From a virus (Duplodnaviria > Caudoviricetes), in the IMG/VR virus record IMGVR_UViG_3300016472_000190, positions 1-29,063 of that record: DNA of 29,063 nucleotides; one strand, given 5' to 3'. Each line of letters opens with the position of its first letter. Position 1 is the stretch's first letter. Position numbers and translations under genes: made by a program. Shown one piece after another: positions 24,557 through 29,063 of the stretch. The notes beneath the pieces were generated by a model. The model did no database searches and was not told the origin of the DNA. It was given only the letters and a program-made list of their open reading frames with translations.

Positions 24557-25603
24557 ATGTGTATTGAATCACTGCTTGGATTAAGAGACTGCGCTGGCGT
24601 TGAGCCATCGACAGGGCTTTACATCGATGACCTTGGGATTAACCAAACCTTCCTCGGTCAACTAATCACCGACCAATATCGCAACGGCGTTGAGCTGTTC
24701 GAAGATAAGCGAGCGTTCGCGTGGCGCAAGCTCTCATCGGATTTGCTGACTAAACTCAGCCCGATGATGAAAAGCGATACCGTCATCGAGAGCCGTAGGA
24801 TTGGGCAAGCGGTGAGCAACTATTCCAATGTGCAGACTGCCCTCGGTGCTGGCAACTATGGCGGCATCCGATTAAAGATTGACCCTAATACCATTGCATA
24901 CCTTAACTTTTACCTTGCGGATATTAACCTTGCCATTGACTCGACAAATACGAACGTGCCAGTGTTAATCTTCGATATGACTACCGGAAAACTGATTGAC
25001 ACGATTACCTATTCAGAGGGTGCGCTCGATCAGTTCATCGGTAAGACATATACCTCAGCACGGCGAAAGCTTGACATTGCAATCGTCTATGAATCCACAA
25101 TGAACACGGTTAAGTTCACGCCAAAGAAGGGCAATTGCACGAGCTGTGGCGGTGGCGTTAAGGAATCGCATATCTGCCCATTCGTGGATGCGATAGGCAT
25201 CGAGCTGACAACGAACGGCACGGATGTGTTGACCTCGCGAGCGAGTAAGTACACCACAGGCATGAGCGTAACTTATAATGTGAATTGCGACCGTCAAGGC
25301 TGGATGTGCTCCATCGGTGGGACGATGGCATTGCCACTTGCATACGCTACGGCTGTTGAGATTTACAACTATGCTCTAACCATTAGCCCGAATCAAAGGG
25401 TGAACACTGCTGTGGTGGTGAACAGAGGCTCCAAGCCCTTCGCCACTGCTGATGCATTCGAGGGTATCGTTGCAGCACGCGACATCGCAGCATCGAGGTA
25501 CAGCGAAGAGCTTGGAGCGATGCTTCAGAACATGCGACTGCCTGACGATACGCATTGCTGGGATTGTAAGCGAAACATGAAGTACGTAACTGCGTTACCA
25601 TAA
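24557..25603 (+). CDS. Structural protein, probable head-tail adaptor/neck
   Basis: 348 aa, directly after capsid; Cys-rich termini, helical C-terminal part. Confidence 0.55.
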   Translation: MCIESLLGLRDCAGVEPSTGLYIDDLGINQTFLGQLITDQYRNGVELFEDKRAFAWRKLSSDLLTKLSPMMKSDTVIESRRIGQAVSNYSNVQTALGAGNYGGIRLKIDPNTIAYLNFYLADINLAIDSTNTNVPVLIFDMTTGKLIDTITYSEGALDQFIGKTYTSARRKLDIAIVYESTMNTVKFTPKKGNCTSCGGGVKESHICPFVDAIGIELTTNGTDVLTSRASKYTTGMSVTYNVNCDRQGWMCSIGGTMALPLAYATAVEIYNYALTISPNQRVNTAVVVNRGSKPFATADAFEGIVAARDIAASRYSEELGAMLQNMRLPDDTHCWDCKRNMKYVTALP

Positions 25604-25604
25604 C

Positions 25605-26159
25605 ATGCCAACACCAGCCGAAATTCAGAAGAATCTTGACAGCTTGTATGAAGGCTGGCAGAGTCAATTCACTCCGCTGTATGGTGCAGTTCGAGAACTC
25701 AAGCGCATCATGTTCAAGCGAATCTTTGGAAATGGCTCAAGCGGTGGCACGAATACGGCGGGCGAGAAATTGCCAACTGTACCATACAGCACAAAGCCCA
25801 TATACGTGAGCCCGCGAAGTTTAACCAATGCACCAAGCCGCTTTAAGGTTGGCAAGCGAGGCGAGCCGATTGAATCGCTGTACTTTCCCGGCGGTTATGC
25901 TGAATTAAAAAAAGGCACTTCGCGAAAATTACCCCTCGAATTAACTGGAAGATTGAAGGGCGGATTCCTTGCAGCCGATGTGCTAACCGAAGGGCTTGAG
26001 GCAGCGATTACCGTACCCGCATCCGAGATAGGCAAAATTGATGGATTAGAAGCGAAATACGGCACTATCTTTTTGCCGACAGCCGAAGAGCAAGAGGCGA
26101 TGCTTGAGGAGCATGCAGCCGAGCTTGTGCAACAAATCATAAACGCAATGAGCAAATGA
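25605..26159 (+). CDS. Virion morphogenesis / tail completion-type protein
   Basis: 184 aa; LELTGRL motif and FLPTAEEQ tail resemble Mu gpG-type proteins; neck position. Confidence 0.5.
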   Translation: MPTPAEIQKNLDSLYEGWQSQFTPLYGAVRELKRIMFKRIFGNGSSGGTNTAGEKLPTVPYSTKPIYVSPRSLTNAPSRFKVGKRGEPIESLYFPGGYAELKKGTSRKLPLELTGRLKGGFLAADVLTEGLEAAITVPASEIGKIDGLEAKYGTIFLPTAEEQEAMLEEHAAELVQQIINAMSK

Positions 26160-28636
26160 ATATACTATCTACCATACTCGACAGGCTTAACCAACGCATT
26201 GAGGTCGGCAATATCTTCGATAAGATTTACGGCCTCAGCGAGCTTGTAGGCGAAGGCAACGATAAGGCATGGGCTTATTACATCGGCAACGGACAAGCTA
26301 TTCCTGTGACGGATTATGATGCGAAGCAGGGCACTCTCTTCTGGGCGAAGCGCGGCAAGATAAACGTAACCAAAAACGATTCGCTCAGGCTTGCAGGATG
26401 CCGCTCAATCTATGAGACACGCTTCAGCCTTACAGCCTATGCAATGGTGCGCAAAAGCCATTTACCTTGCGATGCTGCGGATGCACAGGACTGGGTAGCA
26501 TCGAGAGTGCTGCGGCTTATTAGCGGCACTGACCCGCAATTCAAGACGGCCATCGGTGCCATTGCCTACGAGGTAGTGCCAAGCGGATATGCAACCGAAG
26601 CCAGGTACTTGCCGGTCAATTATGAATGGGCTGCTGTTGCAATCGAGGTGGATGTCAATGTCAGCACCTCGTCTGAGGACGGCTGCTATGATACTTGCCA
26701 AACTGGTGACATACCTCTGCCTGACTTCGAGCCATGTGAGCCTTGCCTCACCTCGGTGGCTGTGGATGGGGTGACCATCACCGGAAACGGCACACCAGCC
26801 GATCCGTTGGTAGCAATAGGTGGAGGCGCGCCTTTACGAACACAGGATGAAGGCGTAAACGTAAGCACTAATACAACGACCTTAAATTTTACGGGCGACG
26901 GCGTAACAGCATCGCTAAGCTCTCCGGGCGTGGTTCAGGTAAACATCCCAAGCGGTGGCGGTGTTACAAGCGTGACAGCAAGTGCGCCATTGGCATCAAG
27001 CGGTGGGGCTACGCCAGACATCAGCATCCCACAAGCGAGCGCAAGCGTTGACGGCTATCTCGATTCTGCCGACTTCACAATCTTTGCAGGCAAGCAAGAT
27101 GCGCTCACGGCTGGCACTGGTATCGACTTAACTGGCAATATCGTAACCAACACAGCACCCGACCAGATTGTGAGCCTCACGGCTGGGACTGGCATCGCGG
27201 TGAGTGGTACATATCCGAGCTTCACCATTGACAATACGCAAGACCTCAGCGGTTACGTGCCATACACAGGCGCAACTCAGGACGTTGACCTCGGCACGCA
27301 TAAGATTTCAGTCGATGCGGTTGAGTTTAGCCTTACGCCTACCAATTCACCCGGCGCTGGGCAGATTGCATACGTTGGCAATACTGGTGCGCTTGCGTAT
27401 AACATGAACGGCTCGGCTGTAACAAGCCAAATCGGTCAGACCTTACACGCCTTTGTTCACAATGCCGACAGCGTAACCATAACCAAAGGGCAGGCGGTGT
27501 ACCTATTCGGAGCATCGGGCAATAAGGCTTCGGTAAAGCTTGCGAATAACACAGGCGACCCAACAAGCGCAAAGACTTTTGGGCTTGCCGCTGAAGATAT
27601 TACAAGCGGCCAGAATGGATTTATAACTGTGCAGGGTGTACTTGATGGCCTAAACACTGGAGCTTACAATGCAGGTGATACATTGTACCTTGGAGCAACG
27701 GCAGGCAGCTTGACATCTGTTAAGCCATACGCACCCAATCATCTTGTTTATATTGGTGTGGTGGAAAAGGCTAATAATGGCAACGGACAAATTTATGTGA
27801 GGGTGCAGAACGGCTATGAGCTTGATGAGATACATGATGTTGATTTAATCACTACACCACCGGTTAATAAAGACCTACTTACCTACGTAACTGGCACTCC
27901 TAATTTGTGGAAAAATCAAAGCTTAGGCACAATTTTAGGTGGCAACACATCTCAATATGTAAGAGGGGATGGCAGCCTTGCTACATTCCCTACAATTCCA
28001 AGCGGAACAGTGACATCTGTTGGTTTAACAATGCCTGCTGCATTTACGGTGGCCAATAGCCCTGTAACAAGCAGCGGAACGTTAGCCGTAACAGCAACAG
28101 GTACCACAGCGCAATACATAAGAGGGGATGGCTCGCTTGCAACCTTCCCAGCTGCCAGTGCTTCGGTAGTTTATAACTCTGCCATTAGTTCGGCAACTCA
28201 TACCGGCACAGCCAACACTGTTAAATATACTCAGCTCATCCCTGCCAATACATTTGCAGCCGGTGATGTAGTGCGCATCACTTATCGTACTGCTAAGACC
28301 GGAACTGCCAACTCAATGACATTGCGCATCTATGCCAATACAACTGCCAATCTTAGTGGATCACCTATTTTATTGGCATCCCACCAGAATGCAGGGGCAC
28401 CATCATTTTTGGTTAATCAAATGATCAGGCACCTTGCAATTAAAACGGCTAATAACAATACTGAGGTATATTTGGCATCAGGACTTGGTGTGGCAACCGA
28501 TTACGGTTTATATGACTTAACATCAACGGCTGCGGTGGACTGGACACAACAGCAGTACATAGTATTCGCATTGCAGCTTAATACAACAGGCACAGATGTA
28601 GCTTATGGCTCATTCTACATGATCGAAAAACCATGA
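26156..28636 (+). CDS. Fibre protein with N-terminal neck/tail-terminator-like domain
   Basis: 826 aa; about 175-aa globular N-terminus, Cys linker, then Gly/Thr/Ser-rich fibre motifs (VDGVTITGNGT, GTVTSVGL, LTAGTGI). Confidence 0.7.
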   Translation: MNILSTILDRLNQRIEVGNIFDKIYGLSELVGEGNDKAWAYYIGNGQAIPVTDYDAKQGTLFWAKRGKINVTKNDSLRLAGCRSIYETRFSLTAYAMVRKSHLPCDAADAQDWVASRVLRLISGTDPQFKTAIGAIAYEVVPSGYATEARYLPVNYEWAAVAIEVDVNVSTSSEDGCYDTCQTGDIPLPDFEPCEPCLTSVAVDGVTITGNGTPADPLVAIGGGAPLRTQDEGVNVSTNTTTLNFTGDGVTASLSSPGVVQVNIPSGGGVTSVTASAPLASSGGATPDISIPQASASVDGYLDSADFTIFAGKQDALTAGTGIDLTGNIVTNTAPDQIVSLTAGTGIAVSGTYPSFTIDNTQDLSGYVPYTGATQDVDLGTHKISVDAVEFSLTPTNSPGAGQIAYVGNTGALAYNMNGSAVTSQIGQTLHAFVHNADSVTITKGQAVYLFGASGNKASVKLANNTGDPTSAKTFGLAAEDITSGQNGFITVQGVLDGLNTGAYNAGDTLYLGATAGSLTSVKPYAPNHLVYIGVVEKANNGNGQIYVRVQNGYELDEIHDVDLITTPPVNKDLLTYVTGTPNLWKNQSLGTILGGNTSQYVRGDGSLATFPTIPSGTVTSVGLTMPAAFTVANSPVTSSGTLAVTATGTTAQYIRGDGSLATFPAASASVVYNSAISSATHTGTANTVKYTQLIPANTFAAGDVVRITYRTAKTGTANSMTLRIYANTTANLSGSPILLASHQNAGAPSFLVNQMIRHLAIKTANNNTEVYLASGLGVATDYGLYDLTSTAAVDWTQQQYIVFALQLNTTGTDVAYGSFYMIEKP
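27953..28150 (+). repeat. Duplicated 13-aa fibre motif QY(V/I)RGDGSLATFP
   Basis: Copies at 27953-27991 and 28112-28150. Confidence 0.85.
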
Positions 28637-28857
28637 ACAATATAAATATCACATCGACTCAAGTTAAATTTATCAGCACAGCCAGTGCTGAGATATCTGC
28701 CAATCTGATTGATCCTAAGTGGGAGACTGTTGATGACAATACCTTCCATGTGATTACTGAGCAGGGTGTATATCTGCTGACATTGACTGAGAATACTATA
28801 AACGGTCAAACCTATACAAGCTCGGTTGATTTAATTGAGTATCTAAATAATTTGTAA
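28633..28857 (+). CDS. Small hypothetical protein (possible fibre accessory)
   Basis: 74 aa; ATGA overlap with the fibre gene. Confidence 0.65.
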   Translation: MNNINITSTQVKFISTASAEISANLIDPKWETVDDNTFHVITEQGVYLLTLTENTINGQTYTSSVDLIEYLNNL

Positions 28858-28862
28858 CTTTG
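28855..28862 (+). promoter_or_regulatory. -7 promoter element
   Basis: TAACTTTG overlapping the upstream stop. Confidence 0.55.
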
Positions 28863-28877
28863 TAAAAACCTAAAACT

Positions 28878-29063
28878 ATGGCAGGGGTAAAAGTAACCGA
28901 CTTAACTACATTAGGGGCAGCAGATGCAACCGATGTGATGTATATTGTGGACACATCAGCCAATCAATCCAAGCAGATTGAGGTGCAGGATATCTATTCA
29001 GGTATGCCGCAATTTGAAAGCGGCAGCTTTACGCCAGTTATATCGAATGAGGTTGATTGTACT
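28878..29063 (+). CDS. Fibre/decoration-type protein, 5' part (runs off the window)
   Basis: Open frame MAGVKVTDLTTLGAADATDVMYIVDTSANQSKQIEV...; A-rich initiation context AAAACTATG. Confidence 0.7.
   Translation, partial: MAGVKVTDLTTLGAADATDVMYIVDTSANQSKQIEVQDIYSGMPQFESGSFTPVISNEVDCT

Larger units (their letters stand above)
1..29063 (+). mobile_element. Segment of a tailed phage/prophage genome, probably of a Bacteroidetes host
   Basis: Co-oriented, tightly coupled genes for terminase, portal, capsid, tape measure and DnaB; TAnnTTTG promoter motifs in most intergenic gaps; no host housekeeping genes. Confidence 0.95.

Noticed and set aside
27953-28150. Repeat pair in the fibre gene as a possible DGR template/variable repeat
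   Set aside because: Only 39 nt, both copies in frame in one gene, differences are mostly synonymous and not restricted to adenines; no reverse transcriptase in the window
314-28809. Numerous minus-strand ORFs in the track
   Set aside because: All are shadows of longer, motif-bearing plus-strand genes and show no recognisable motifs
1-29063. Alternative genetic code (stop reassignment as in some Bacteroidetes phages)
   Set aside because: Genes are full length and densely packed under code 11; TAA, TGA and TAG all end ORFs at sensible boundaries

Overview
The window is a contiguous, almost entirely plus-strand segment of a tailed dsDNA phage or prophage (siphovirus-like). Repeated TAnnTTTG (-7) promoters and A-rich, SD-less start contexts point to a Bacteroidetes host. 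Gene order: VRR-NUC nuclease, replication initiator with internal iterons, DnaB, RHH-like regulator, ParB-fused DNA methylase, terminase small and large subunits, tail chaperone, tape measure and tail genes, glycosyltransferase plus SAM methyltransferase, portal, minor head protein, scaffold, an accessory island, major capsid, neck proteins and fibres. The strongest unusual signals are: (1) an integrase-less, integron-cassette-like DNA methylase module (22268-23234) with an attC-like hairpin, nested inverted repeats and self-similar 19-nt-periodic motifs; (2) a probable -1 frameshift extending the major capsid protein by an acidic peptide; (3) a -1 frameshift in the tail chaperone; (4) a kissing-loop structured RNA upstream of the replication genes; (5) a shared 19-bp operator at dnaB and the RHH gene. 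All product calls come from motifs and synteny read by eye; no database search was run.
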